Below, piece by piece: positions 34,358 to 52,253 of a DNA stretch of 64,000 nt. This DNA is from Prorocentrum cordatum (Eukaryota). Location of the stretch: positions 1 through 64,000 of the forward strand of contig CAUYUJ010000117.1 in the NCBI GenBank assembly GCA_963575745.1, read 5' to 3'. The notes under the pieces were generated by a model. The model did no database searches, was not told the origin of the DNA, and saw only the letters and a program-made list of their open reading frames with translations. The position numbers and the translations under genes are program-made. The first letter of the stretch is position 1; each line of letters begins with the position of its first letter.

Positions 34358-35854
34358 GGAGACAGAGAGAGAGGGAGAGAGAGAGAGAACAAGAGAGAGA
34401 GAGAGAGAGAGACAATTCTTACGTGACCCTGAAATAGAGGAGGAGAGGAACTACAAGTACCTTCGCCTGTTTGCGTGGCAGCGGCCACGCCGGGCAGTGG
34501 TGCTGGCGGGGGGAAGCACCACCAGCCCCCAGCACGGGAAGGGCAACCTTCGCCGGCCCTTCTTCAGGGACCTCCCGAGATCTCGGGGGACTTAAGAAGC
34601 ACTCAGACTGATCCAACTGTACAAGGGTAGGACTGTGGCAGGCGCTGAGGCGAGAGCGCAACTTGGAACAACCGAATAATGCTCCACGCGGAAATACTCG
34701 TACGAAGAACGAGCGTCTGCAATACTGCGTGTGATATTCTATACGCGCTAGGGCGGATCAATGATTCCACGTGGCCGACTTGGGAATAGAAGCGAGTACT
34801 ACTTATGTTTCGGGGTTGTGGAGTGACAGGGGTGTGGCAGGCGCCGAGGCGAGAGCGCCATTCGAACAACCAACAATGCTCTTGTTCTGGATGGGCATAA
34901 CAAACAAATCATCCAATTGCCTTAGAAGTCCCGCGTGTGAAACGTCACACGCGGAAGGCGCGGGTCAAATCTTGAACGTGGTCAGGGGAGACAGGATCGG
35001 ATTCATGATGGGTCGTTGTAAAATTCCACCACAAACGAGAAAGGGAGAAGGCGGAAATTATGATAAGGCACAGGAGGAGGTCACCAGACGTCTCTGGAGG
35101 CCCCTGCCTGGATATTCAGACTCCTCCGGCAGGCTAAAGGGAGCAGCCCCCGTCCACAAACCTGTATCTTCGAACCTCGATCCGATCGATCTTCGTCCCC
35201 GTCTTCAGGACTCCCCTTCGAACAGTCGCCACACGCGACAGTCGCCAGCGCACCGCCGTCACAGGTCTGCCCACATCTGCGCACAGCAGCGGGGTGTGGA
35301 CGAAGACTGGGAGGGGTGAGGTAATTGCGCAACGCCGTCGCCGCCACCTCCCAGGAGATCGTTGGGAAACCAAGAGGTACCGACACCGCTGACCCCTGGA
35401 CCTCTCCTGGGGTGCGTCCTGACCAGCATTTCGAGGCGAATCCAGCGGTGGTGACGAGGGCCTCCAAGGAGGCCCAGGAAGGGGAAAACGGGCGAGGGGG
35501 TAGAGGTATGTGGGACGCACAAAGACGTACTAATACTATATGTTCTCCTTGGAGGCGTGCGTCCGACCGGAACATGTAGTATACCCATCTTGTAGTCTAT
35601 CGTTTCCCGAGCTGTGTGGCCAGAAAGCGCCCACCACGACGCATGTACTACAAGGTTGCTTGGTGCGCGCGTCGCCCCTTGGGGGGCGACGCACATATAG
35701 TAGAAGTATGCTGGGATGACGCCGAGTATGGGTACCTTTTCCTTCTCTGACATCGACGGGGGGAAAACAGTCCAGCGGCTGCGCTGCTGCCGGCGCGCCC
35801 GGGCCTCAGAGCCTGCACGGACGTCCCCCTTCCGTTCCCCGGGAGGGCGCCGTC

Positions 35855-35897
35855 CTGCGGGGTCGGGCACTCTTCGTCCCCGTAGGACTGATGCAGC
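35855..35897 (-). CDS. TSP1-repeat protein exon ((R)LHQSYGDEECPTPQ)
   Basis: gag|G acceptor in phase 2, matching the upstream exon; CAG|GA donor in phase 0, giving CPTPQ-DCAW. Confidence 0.75.
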
Positions 35898-36899
35898 CTC
35901 GGCAACGGACAATCGATCGCACGCGATTGACACCTGAACATCACCATTCAAGCATGTGTGTATACATATATATATATGTATGTATATAGATTTCCCTCTG
36001 CATATATACATTAATGGATGCGATTATAGAAATACAGGTACACATGCCTATGTATACACGTATTCATTCCTGCATGCCTGGCTTGTGGCTGGGTTATACC
36101 CATGGCGGCAGTGCGACGCGTACGTCGCAGGCACGAGCGGATAAAGCATGGACGCGCATCCCACCGATCCAGAACAGAAAGGCAATTCCGTGGCCTCCCA
36201 GGTGAAGGGCCAGCCAAGGCGAGCCGCACGCTCACGCGCACACGCACGCACGCGCGCAGACTTTTCATCGGCGAGGCGTCTGGCACAGAAATCGTAACCC
36301 AAAAAACGGCCGAACGCGCGCACACCTTTCCTTCGCCAGCGCGTTGCCACTTCCGCGCGTCCACAAATCTCGGGATGCGAGACGGAACTTGCACAACATC
36401 ACGTGCCCACACATTTTTGAATGGCGGCGCGGCCGCATGAATCATGATGCAGCAGGGCCAGGTCAACCGAAACGAGTCCCAGGCTACACGCGCGCCTTGC
36501 GCAAACTCCTAAGTAGGCCCGGGGAGGAGCGTGGTGCTCACCCGTAAGGATGCGCGCTACGCACGGGCGACGAAGCATGACCTGCACGCGGCAGGAGCGG
36601 GTCAAGTCACCCATTGGGAGGCAGCGAACTCACGAAAGGAGCAAGCGGGAGGGACAGTAGGCGCATGATGAGGTCTCAAGGCAGCAAGCTGCGAGGCGGA
36701 GATCCTGGGCCGCAGCGGCGGCGGGCGGAGGCAGGGGCGAGGGGCGAGTTCAGAAGGGCGCGTGCACTGCAAGAGCACCGCCTAAGGAGGCGTAGGACGG
36801 CGCGGACCTCGGCGGGCCTCGCGGGAGTGCTGCCCAAGGTTCTGGTTCACAGTGTGGCCGCCTGGTTCCAGGAACCCCAGGAGGGAGGCTAAATCACTG

Positions 36900-41080
<4,181 letters not shown>

Positions 41081-41525
41081 TTGGCGTCGCGGCCACGCGC
41101 GCGGCGGCGCGGCGTGGTAAATGCCGCGCGCAGGGGCGCGCGCTGGCGGGGCCAGCTCGCGCAGCGCGCACACGCAAACGCGAATGCACGATGTTGCGCA
41201 CGCACGTCCGCACCCTCTTAGAACTCGCACGCCCACAGACTTGCATGTGCAAGCCCGCGCGCGCGAAAACTATCGCACGCATGTTCTGGATTCGGACCTG
41301 CACGACAAAGGCAATAAGACGTTCGCAGCTGCGCTCCTTGGAGGGGGACAACGTCCAAAAAGCCAACGCCTACCCGTCTCCCGCCTCCTCCTTCTCCCCT
41401 CCCTTCCCCTGCACCCTTCCTCTGCCTTCCCCCTCCTTACCCCCTCCCCACTCCTCCCCCCCCTCGTTGCCGTTGTCGTCCGTGCCCCTGCCACCGAGGC
41501 CCTGAGCATCTGCAGACGGAGCCGC

Positions 41526-41599
41526 CTCCGAGAAGTCTCCACCGTCCCGTTGGTGCTGCAGGGCTGCAACTCTGCCAGGGTGCCTTTGCACCCCTCGTC
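41526..41599 (-). CDS. TSP1-repeat protein exon (DEGCKGTLAELQPCSTNGTVETSR)
   Basis: CxGxLxExxPC end-of-TSP1 motif; gag|G acceptor, GAG|GC donor, phase 0/2. Confidence 0.78.
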
Positions 41600-42099
41600 C
41601 TCGCGACACAGCACGCAACATGGGCAGACACGCAGAAGAGGATACGGTCGTTCACGACATGTGCCTCGCACATTACAACACGCGAGCTGTGTCGCATTCA
41701 ACGGCGTGAGCGCACGATCTGGTGGCTCGAGGCAGCGCAGGAGGGGGGGGCAGGGGCAGGATGAGGCGAGAGGGGAGGCGGAGGAGGAGGAGGAGGAGGA
41801 GGAGGAGGAGGAGGAGGAGGAGGAGGAGGAGGAGGAGTAGGATGAGGAGGAGGAGGAGGAGAGAATGATGGCGATGAGGCGGAACTTATTTGTGATGGTG
41901 CCTCCTCGAAATGCTTGCCCTACGCCAAGCGCGCTACAGTCATCTCTGTGTGCTCACGAAAACTACCTCTGCACGGAATGCTGTACACGGTGCGCTTGGG
42001 ACGGGGAGGGCGAGAATGGGCGGGTAGGAAGAGGTGCGAGCAGCCTGACGGGCAACTGAGGGTCACAGGGGCGTAGCTGGCTGGGAGTGGGGCTATACA

Positions 42100-42240
42100 G
42101 CAGGGGTCCGACCACAAGAAACCTGCCACAAGAAACCCCACCCTGAGACCCCAGGGCGTCCATCGATTTTTGGTGTGGGAGCGTGACGAAGAAACCCAGG
42201 GCACCCTGGAGGCAAGCAGGGTGTTTCTTGGCATGGGCCC
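42100..42240 (+). repeat. Dispersed repeat; second copy at 58550-58715
   Basis: 'accctgagacccca..cgtcca.cgatttt..gtggga..ccagggcaccctggaggcaagca.ggtgtt.cttggcatggg' present at both sites. Confidence 0.8.
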
Positions 42241-43129
42241 CTACTGTGCTCGTACGGTGCCTCTTCTGCGAAGACACCCACAAGCGGTAGCCCAGGCTCT
42301 TCGAGCCAGCTCCAGAGGGGGGCGGGGGAGCTGGGTGGGGGTGGAAGCGCTTCCTTTTCCAACGGGAGGGCGTGAACGTACCGTCGGTCCTAGGACAGAA
42401 TAACATGCTTGAAGAAAATGAAACCCTCCGCCAGCCAATGGAGAGCGTTCGAGGGTGCACAAGCACATCCAACAAAAACGAGGAGCATCAGGGTACCCTC
42501 CCCGAACCGACCTCGATCTTATAATATCTCGGACCGCCTGTACGCAACCCTGGGCTGGGTAGGGGTGGAAGCGCTTCCTTTCCCCCAAGGGCGGGCGGCC
42601 CGCGTCCGCGCGGCGGGCGGCGGGCGCGAAGGCCCTCCTCGACCTCCTTGACCTCCCCCTCTACTATCCTCCTCCTCCTCCTCCCCTCCTCCTCCTCCTC
42701 CTCCTCCCTCCTCCTCTCCTCCTCGACTGTCCTCCTCCTCTCCTCCTCTTCTCCTCTCCTCCTCCTCCTCCTCCTCTCGCCCTCCTCCTCCTCCTCCCTC
42801 CCCTGTCCTCCCCCTCGTCCTCCCCCTCCTCCCCCTCGTCCCCCCCCTTTCCTCCCCTCCTCCCCCTCGACCTCCCCTCCTCCTCCTCCTCCTCCTCCTC
42901 CTCCTCCTCCTCCTCCTCCTAGACCTCCTCTTCCTTCTCCTGAAGAATGAAAAGCACCAGGGTGACAGCACCACCACCAGAACCACCACCTAACTCCTCC
43001 TCTTCCTTCGCCTCCCTGGCCCCGGGCTGCGCCGCGTGGACTGAGCCCGGCGGCCCCGGCCGCGCCACCGCCCCCCTGCGGCGCCGGCGCACCCCGCTCC
43101 CGGAACGCTCCCGCGCGCGTCAGGAAGAG

Positions 43130-43549
43130 GGGGAGGGGGAGGGGGACAAGCTAGGTGCGTGCGCGTCATATCTGACGTCCTACCCCTCCCTCCCATCCCT
43201 TACCATGGCGCTGATTTTTCTATCCGCGACTAGTGGTGGTGGTGCGCGTCGTGCGGCGTGCGTGTGTGCGTGGTTTGTGGTGTGGTGGTTGTGGTTTGTG
43301 GTTGTGGTGGTGGTGTTGGTGGTGGTGGTGCTGGTGGTGGTGCTGGTGGTGGTGTGGTGGTTCTGGTGGTGGTTGTGGTTGTGTTGTGGTTTGTGGTTGT
43401 GGTGGTGGTGGTGGTGGTGGTGGTGGTGGTGGTGGTGGTGGGTGGTGGTGGGTGGTGGTGGGTGGTGGTGGGTGGTGGTGGTGGGTGGTGGTGGTGGTGG
43501 TGGTGGTGGTGGTGGTGGTGGTGGTGGTGGTGGTGTGTGTGTGTGTGCG

Positions 43550-43592
<43 letters not shown>

Positions 43593-43940
43593 GTGCGCGT
43601 GTGCTGGGGCATGGCACGGGAAATGACGCCAGCGCTGCAGCGGGAGCACGAGTCGAAACGAGCGGAAGCGCGGAAATGAGGCCAGCGCTGCAGCGGGAGC
43701 ACGATTCGGAACGAGCGGAAGCACGGGAATGAGGCCAGCGCTGCAGCGGGAGCACGATTCGGAACGAGCGGGGCCCGAAAATGAGGCCGGCGCCTCGGCG
43801 AGAGCAGCATTTTGAAAAAAATGCAAGCGAAAACCCAGCTCCCGGGAATCCTGTGTGTAAAAAAGCAGGTCGCGGGGGGGGGTCGGCTACTTTCAGGCCG
43901 CCATCGGGGGAAGAGGGAGAGTAGTATTCATATTGAGTAT
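43130..43940 (-). repeat. Dispersed non-coding element, copy 2 (inverted relative to 1043-1620), with a (GGT)n/(GT)n core
   Basis: Same head, 53-bp units and tail as copy 1; different middle. Confidence 0.85.
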
Positions 43941-43944
43941 TTAT

Positions 43945-45349
43945 TGTGAAGGGAAGAGGGAAGGGAAGGGAGGGGGAGGAGGAAGGGGGGAAGGGGATGG
44001 GGGAAGGGAGGGGGGGAGGGGGGGGGAGGGGGTATCGGGATGGGGAGGAGGAGCGGGAGGGGGAGGGGGGGGGATGGGTAGGGAGGGGGATAGGGGAGAA
44101 AAGGGAGGGCAAGCGAGGGGGGAGGGGGGGGGCACCCGCGGCAGAAAGTAGGAACCCGCGCTGGGCGACCCGGCTAGCCAGGTGGGAAGTTGTCCTGAAA
44201 GAAAAAGGAAAGGGAGGAGGGAGGGGAGGGGGAGGGAAGGGAGCGAGGGGCATGGGAAGGGAGGAGGGAAATAGAGGAGGGGAATGGGGAGGGAAGGGGG
44301 ATGGGGGAGGGGAGGGAAGAGGAGATGGAGGAGGGGAGGGGAGGTGGTGGGTGGGGTGGGATCGGGGAGAGGGAAGGGGGAGGGACGAAGGAAGGGTGGG
44401 GGCATGGGGGAGGGCGGGTGGCAGGGGTACGGGGGAGCGGGGGAGGCGCGAGGGAGGAGGAGGTGCGGAAGCACGTTGGGCTAGTTACTTCCATTTCGCA
44501 GGTGTGCGTAGTTTTTCCGCGCCGCCGCGCGTCCTGCTTGTCCCGGATGGGTCCCAGAGAGGACCCCCGAGGTACCGTGTGCATAGAGTCACGCTGCATC
44601 GGAGGAGTGGGAGGAGTGGGAGGAGGAGGAGGAGGAGGAGGAGGAGGAGGAGGAGGAGGAGGAGGAGGAGGAGGAGGAGGAGGAGCAGGAGGAGCAGGAG
44701 GAGCAGGAGGAGGAGCAGGAGCAGGAGCAGGAGCTGGAGCAGGAGCAGGAGCAGGAACATGAGCAGGAGGGAGGGACGGAGGGAGGGACGGATGGATGGA
44801 TGGAGGGAGGGAGGGAGGAGGAGGAGGAGGAGGAGGAAGAGGAAGAGGAATCATTACCATAATACTATAATACGGAAATGAAGAATATCCATAGAAACAA
44901 GAATACTAGTAATAGTATTAGTAATACTAACAATACTAATAATACGACTACTGATAATACTAATAATACTAGTACTACTAATAATAATGATGATGATGCT
45001 GCTGATAATAATAGCAATAATAACACTAAGACGATTGATACGACAAAACTAAGAATGATATGCATACTCATAATACTAATAATAAGCAGAACAATTAGAC
45101 TAGTCCTAAGAATGCTAAGAAGAAGATTTATGATAATAGGAATAACAAGAATGACACTACGGAGAATACTAAGACTGAAACACTAATAATAATATTGGGA
45201 ATACTACGGATAACAATAAAAGAGGAATACACATATTAACAATCATAATTCGAATCAGAATAAGAGGAGGAGGAGGAGGACGAGGAGGAAGAGGAGGAGG
45301 AGGAGGACGAGGACGAGGAGGACGAGGAGGAGGAGGACGAGGAGGAGGA
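43945..45349. repeat. Low-complexity block: G-rich purine tract, (GGA)n, AT-rich (AAT/ACT)n, (GGA/GAC)n
   Basis: Directly visible. Confidence 0.9.
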
Positions 45350-48300
45350 TAATCGTTTAGGAACGTTTAGTTTAACCAGAGGCCCGATTGGGCCCCGCAC
45401 CCCAGGCAAGAGGAACAATCACCACGCAGGCACCAAAACCCCGAGCGTGACCTTCGCTCCCCGAGGCTGAGCTGCGGGACCCTCCTTGGGACCGGTGCGC
45501 GTTCGGGCTTCGGTTCGAGAGCTTCCACAGCGGCCTCCGAAGCCTGCTCGCCGTGTGCGGCGGCAGCAAGGAGGGCTTCCTGGACACGGAGGGTTCCCCG
45601 AGGCGGGCCTTCACGTCGGGGAAGCAGACCCCTCCGAATGCGATTGAGATTCTCATCGACACCAAGGTTCTCACCCCGACAAGGTAGGCGCAGGTGGTGA
45701 GCATCGCCACCATTCACGATCGAGGTAGAGAAACCACAACGTGCACAATACGTGATACAATGGAGAGGCACAGCATGCAGGGTGTGAGAGGGATGGAGGT
45801 CCAGGGCTCCTCCCCCTCCTTTCTGAAGTTCGGTCGCGGCCACAGACACGGACGCGCCGCTACGAGCCTCGGCCGACGGCGTCGACATGGGGCCTGAACA
45901 TGCAAGAGGTGGCCGCGAAGCAGAGCAGCTGGCTCTGCCCGACCACGCACAGGCAGCGCGTGCAGACCCAACGGCCAGTCCCGCACTGTTGCAGCTCGTG
46001 CGACGAGGAAACACAGGCCACGGCGGCAGCAGAAAGGACGGGCCGTCGCGGCCCCATGCATCGAATTCCACGCTGCAGGTCGGCATCAGCCGCGAGCTCG
46101 ATGGTTTGGCAAGCCCGCTTGCGGACCATGCGGGCCTCCACGTCCACGACGTCGGTGTGCGGCTCTGCCCCAGCGAGCCTGAGCCCAGACCACGTCAATC
46201 TCGCCAGGGGGCCTGCGCCGCCGCGCCTGGCGAGCTCGCTGCCGCAGGCTCTCGTTGGCACGCCCAGGCTGGACGATGGCCAACCTTCTCTCCCAGCGCC
46301 GCCAGAGAGGCTCGCGGTCTGTCACGTACCCCAGGTCGCCGCCGGCGGACTCCAGCGCCAGCGCGCAGCCGAGGATCTCCGCACGTGGTACCGTCTGCCG
46401 TTTGCCAGGCACAAGCGCAGCGCGGAACCATGCCAGCTCAGACCACGCACCCTCTTTGTCCTGGCCCAAGACCACGATGCTGCTGGCGCAGCGTTGGCGC
46501 CTCCAGAACCATCGCCGTAGACCGCCACGAAGCCGTCGTCGCGCCTCGCTGCCTCCAGCGCGTCGCCCGCGCCGAAGGACACCGCGGCCCGCTCCGCCCG
46601 CTGGTCGCAGAAGACGGGGGTGGTCACGCAGCGGGCACCCCGCGCAGCCACGTGCCAGGCGAGGACCCATGGCCGGCGAGCGCCCGTGGCGCCAGGGTTG
46701 CAGTGGAGTCAAACTCCTCGCCCTCGTTCGCAAGACGCTGCCAAATCGTGCGCGCCAGTGTCTCGCTCGCGCAGCCGCGCCTCGCGCGGCCCTCGAGGTC
46801 CAGCGCGTAGCCAGCATCGGCGCGACGGGCTCGCGTCCACTGGCCCCCCGCGGCCACAGCGAGGGTGAGACCCCGCTCGGCATGGCGAGCCTCGCGCCTT
46901 CAGCTTCCTGAGCTCGCGCGCGAGCAGGAAGTCCGCGCCGTCGACGAGGCCGTCTTCCTGCGGGTGCGACGACGCCTGCTGCAAGAGTTGGCGTCGGAGG
47001 TCCTCCTCGACATGGCGGAGGCCGCGCGCGGGCCCCAGCCCGCGTCCAGCAGCGTAGCCTGCAGCGCGCCCATGGGCCCACGGACCCGCCTCCAGCGCCA
47101 CTTGCCCACGCGCTGTAGAGCCCCCGGGACTCTCGGCCAGGCGCGCCTGATGCGACCGCGCAGCGACGCGTCGGAGAACCGCAGGCCGCGCCGCGAAGCC
47201 ACCAGCTGCAAGCGCAGTGCGATGACGGGGTCGTGGAGCCCCATCGTGGCCGCCAGCGCGGAGGTGAGGCGGCGCCCGCGAGCCGCGCCGCCCGCTGCTT
47301 GACCGGCCCGTCGACGTAGCTGTCGTGCCAGTCCAGGAGGGGCGCCGTTCACCTGGTGGCCGTGGGCCGACTGCGGCAACGCGCCCGTGGCCCACGGCCC
47401 TCGGCTTTCAGTCGGTCTGGCTGCGGCATGTCGAAGCTTCGCGACGCGCCCCGCCTCCGGGGTCCAGCAGCGACGCGCGCCGACGCCTCGGTCCGCGCCC
47501 TGCGACGCCCCGAAGCCATGTCGACGCCGAGGTTGACCGCCATGTCGGCTGCCGAATGCCGGGCGCCGATCGCCTCCAGACTGCCCGACAGGGTGGCTGC
47601 TAGCTCGTTGTTGGGCGCCGCGAGCGCCGTCTTGGGCGATCAGATGAGCTCCTGTTCGTCCATGCCGCCCTTGGGCGCCTTGGACATGCGCGGGGGCCCC
47701 TTCCCCGCGGCGCTGGCTGACCCCTCGCGGCGGATTGCCGCGTCGTCGATGAAACTCCTCAAACCAGCCCGCGGGCACGACGCCTGCGCCTCCCGCAGCG
47801 GCGGGCGGCGGTGCAGCTCGCCGAAGGAGACCCTGTGCGCCGAGCCCGCGGCGACAGAGCGGGTCGCCTCCGCCTGCGCGGAGCACCCGCGGTGGCTGTC
47901 TTTCAAGTAGCGCGGCGCCAGGAAGAGCTGCATTTTCTGGGCCGCCGCCGCGGCGGGGTAGTGGAGTCGCTCCGCTATGGCCGCCAGCTTGGCCAGAGAT
48001 GCTGCGTCGTTGAAGGTCTCCGCGTCCAGCAGGAGGGCCGCCTGCAGCCCCGTGCCTGTCTCATCAAGAGGACGGCGTGCCAGCGCTGCGCGCGGCACGC
48101 TGGGGCCACGGACCGCGGCGTCCCAGAGCGCGCCGGGCTCCTCGGTCCAGGCCGACGTGACAGCCGAGCCAGCCGAGACCAGATCTTCGGGGCCAGCGGG
48201 ATGGGGGCCGCCGGTGCGCTCGCCGCCCGCCTTCTTGGGGAGAGCGCTGCCGATGGCGCTCGTCAGCGGGCGCGGCCCGCAGCCCCTCTCCTCGCGACGC

Positions 48301-48570
48301 GCCCGCGGCGGCTGCAGCTCCTCGCGGCCCTCGGGCGGCGGCCTCTCTCGAGGTCGCCCGAGCCGCGGCCGTCGGCGCCTCTCGCCTGCTGCGGCCCTGG
48401 GCCTTCGAGGCGCGGTCGGCGCTGCTGCGTTCAAGGGCCCCCCATGGGGGATTCCCTGGCCCAGGCCAGGAATCGGTGGGAGCGCGCCGCAGTGCACTCC
48501 GCCGCGTGGCCTTCGGGCGCGCGACGTGGCCGGGCTCGGTCGCGGGGGGGCCGTCCACCGCCTGTTCTTG
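45350..48570 (-). mobile_element. LINE-C: 5'-truncated, decayed non-LTR retrotransposon (RT-RNase H-Cys tail) ending in (TCC)n
   Basis: LPKKAGGER, LLLDAETF, VAAGS, FIDD, NLGVD, YGDGSGG, TVPRAEI, YVTD, YCARCG across shifted frames. Confidence 0.85.
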
Positions 48571-48989
48571 CGCAGAGGGGACAAAAACACCAAAAAAGGC
48601 CCCGAACACGCCCCAAGTGGCACCCCAATGGAGCCCCCCTGGCCCCGGGTGCCACGTCCCCGTGACATCTCGGGAACGCTCCCGGTACCGCTCCCCCAGG
48701 CGTTCCAGAGGGCCTCCACAGCGCTCCAGGAGGGCCCGAGACGCCTCCCAGGAGCCCCCAGACTGTGAAAGGATGGTCCAAAACGCTCCCAAGCAGCCCA
48801 AGTCAGCCTTACCACGGCTCTCGAGGCTCCCAGGTAACCTCCAAGAGACCCCAAGAGAGGTCCGAGAGGCGTCCTGGGACGGCCAGAAAGAGGCCAAAAT
48901 CGCATATTTTCATTTGTTCCCAACCATCCTGTGGTGTTGGTTGTCCTCGTTTTGAAGAAACGGTCCCCGCGTTCTCCTCTCCTCTCCTC

Positions 48990-49064
<75 letters not shown>

Positions 49065-49076
49065 GATCATCATCAT

Positions 49077-49126
<50 letters not shown>

Positions 49127-49162
49127 GCTCATCATCATCATCATCATCAGCATCAGCATCAG

Positions 49163-49193
<31 letters not shown>

Positions 49194-49194
49194 G

Positions 49195-49251
<57 letters not shown>

Positions 49252-49304
49252 GCATCATCATCATCGTCATCACCCACCATCATCGTCATCACCACCATCA
49301 TCGT

Positions 49305-51005
49305 CACACCTCTCACACGTTTCGTGGCCCCATAGGGAGCTCCACCGAAGGCCCCAGTGCTGCCGCCCGCATGCGTCCCCTACACCCATTTCGGCACACC
49401 CCTCACACGTTTCGTGTCCCCATAGGGAGCTCCACCGAAGGCCCCGGTGCTGCCGCCCGCATGCGTCCCCCAAACCATTTCGGCACACCCCTCACACGTT
49501 TTCGTGGCCCCATAGGGAGCTCCACCAAAGGCCCCCTTCCGCCTCCCTAGCGTCAGCCACAACCCCAATTTCGGCACACCCCTCACACGTTTCCGTGGCC
49601 CCATAGGGAGGCTCACACCGAAGGCCCCAGTGCTGCCGCCCGCATGCGTCACCACCCATTCGATACCCCTCTCACACGCTTCGTGGCCCCATACGGGGGG
49701 GGGGGGACTCCACCGAATGCCCAGTGCTGCCGCCCCCAGTGCTGCCGCCGCATGCGTCAGCCCCGCACACCCACATTCGGCACACCCTCCACACGTTTCG
49801 TGGCCCATAGGGAGCTCCACCGAAGGGCCCCCGTGCCGCCGCCCTCATCCGATCAGCCACACCCAATTCGGCCACACTCCCTCACAATACGCTTTCGTGG
49901 CCCACTAGGAGCTCCACCTAAGCCCGCCAGTGCTGCCGCCGCCCCCACACCCAATTCGACACACCCCTCACACTTTTCGTGGCCCCATAGGGAGCCCCGA
50001 AGGCCCCAGTGCCGCCGCCCGCATGCGTCAGCCACACCCAATTCGGCACACCCCTCACACGTTTCGTGGCCCCATAGGGAGCTCCACCGAAGGCCCCAGT
50101 GCCGCCGCCCGCATGCGTCAGCCACACCCAATTCGGCACACCCCTCACACGTTTCGTGGCCCCATAGGGAGCTCCACCAAAGGCCCCAGTGCCGCCGCCC
50201 GCATGCGTCAGCCACACCCAATTCGGCACACCCCTCACACGTTTCGTGGCCCCATAGGGAGCTCCACCGAAGGCCCCAGTGCTGCCGCCCGCATGCGTCA
50301 GCCACGCCCAATTCGACACACCCCTCACACGTTTCGTGGCCCCATAGGGAGCTCCACCGAAGGCCCCAGTGCTGCCGCCCGCATGCGTCAGCCACACCCA
50401 ATTCGGCACACCCCTCACACGCTTTCGTGGCCCCATAGGGAGCTCCACCGAAGGCCGCAGTGCCGCCGCCCGCATGCGTCAGCCACCTCCAATTCGGCAC
50501 ACCCCTCACACGTTTCGTGGCCCCAGCCCGCATGCGTCAGCCACGCCCATTTCGGCACACCCCTCACACGTTTCGTGGCCCCATAGGGAGCTCCACCGAA
50601 GGCCCCAGTGCCACCGCTCGCATGCGTCCCGCACACTCATTTCGGCACCTCCACCAAACACAGCGTTTCGTGGCCCCACAGGGACCTCCACCGAAGGCCC
50701 CAGTGGTGCCGCCCGCATGCGTCACCCCCACCCCAGCACAGCATTTCGTGGCCCCACAGGGAGCTCCACCGAAGGCCCCAGTGGTGCCGCCCGCATGCGC
50801 CACCCCCACCCAGCACAGCGTTTCGTGGCCCCACAGGGAGCTCCACCGACGGCCCCAGTGGTGCCGCCCGCATGCGTCACCCCCGCCCAGTACAGCGTTT
50901 CGTGGCCCCACAGGGACCTCCACCGAAGGCCCCAGTGGTGCCGCCCGCATGCGTCACCCCCACCCAGCACAGCGTATCGTGGCCCCACAGGGAGCTCCAC
51001 CGAAA
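49305..51005. repeat. Satellite array, 90-bp unit switching to a ~76-bp variant near 50650
   Basis: 'attcggcaca' at 50041, 50131 and 50221; unit cacacgtttcgtggccccatagggagctccaccgaaggccccagtgccgccgcccgcatgcgtcagcc. Confidence 0.95.
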
Positions 51006-51576
51006 GCGGCACCCGCAATGCGATATTCACAACTGCACATGGTTGGGTCCTTCGCCAGGATAATTTTTTCTTGCTGTTTTTGGCTTCTTGCGTTTTCGAG
51101 CTTCCAACGGTTCAAGAGCGCCGACGAGGCTCCCAAGACCGCCCCAAGACCACCCAAGAGATCCTCAGGACGGCCCCAAGACGGGCCAAGAAGGCTCCAA
51201 GACTGCCGAAGAGGCGCCCAGGACAGCCCCAGACCAGCCCAGAACAGGCCCAAGATGGGGCCAAGAGCGGGAGCAGGAGGCTTCTAGAGACCTCCGAAAG
51301 GCTTCCGGGACCACCCAGAGGCCCCCAACACCCCCCCGATCCCTGAGAGGCCCCAGAAAGACCCCGACGAGGCCCCAAGAACAGCCCAAGAGAGCTGCGA
51401 GAGCCGTCCCGAGAGAGCCCACAGAGGGTAAAATCCAATGGTTTTTCCCGACCATCCTGTGGTGTTGGGTCCTCGTTTTGAAGAAACGGTCCCCGCGTTC
51501 TCCTCTCATCTCCTCCTCTTCCCCCTCCTCCCTCCTCCCATCAGCATCGTCATCATCATCGTCATCATCATCATCG

Positions 51577-51633
<57 letters not shown>

Positions 51634-51689
51634 GCATCATCGTCATCACCCACCATCATCGTCATCATCACCATCATCGTCACAACCAC

Positions 51690-52058
51690 CTCTCACACGT
51701 TTTCGTGGCCCCATAGGGGAGCTCCACCGAAGGCCCCTTGCTGGGCCCGCATGCGTCAGCCACACCCATTCGGCCATACCCCTCACACGTTTCGTGGCCC
51801 CATAGGTAGCTCCACCGAAGGCACCAGTGCCGCCGCCCGCATGCGTCAGCCACATCCAATTCGGCACACCCCTCACACGTTTCGTGGCCCCATAGGGAGC
51901 CCCACCGAAGGCAGCAGTGCCGCCGCCCGCATGCGTCAGCCACACCCAATTCGGCACACCCCTCACACGTTTCGTGGCCCCATAGGGAGCTCCACCGAAG
52001 GCAGCAGTGCCGCCGCCCGCATGCGTCAGCCACATCCAATTCGGCACACCCCTCACAC
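51690..52058. repeat. Second 90-bp satellite array running into the assembly gap
   Basis: Same unit, preceded by the same header and (CAT)n as at 48920-49300. Confidence 0.92.
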
Positions 52059-52158
52059 NNNNNNNNNNNNNNNNNNNNNNNNNNNNNNNNNNNNNNNNNN
52101 NNNNNNNNNNNNNNNNNNNNNNNNNNNNNNNNNNNNNNNNNNNNNNNNNNNNNNNNNN
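52059..52158. other. Assembly gap (100 N)
   Basis: Run of N. Confidence 1.
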
Positions 52159-52253
52159 GAGGACGAGGAGGAGGAGGAGGAGGTCACTTCTCCCTTCGGC
52201 GCGCCGCCGTTCGACGGCGAGGCCCCTCTGGTGCGGCGCCGTGAGTGCCGCGC

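Noticed and set aside
49305..52058. CRISPR-like array
   Set aside because: Units repeat over their whole length with no unique spacers, no cas genes are present, and the context is eukaryotic; it is a satellite.
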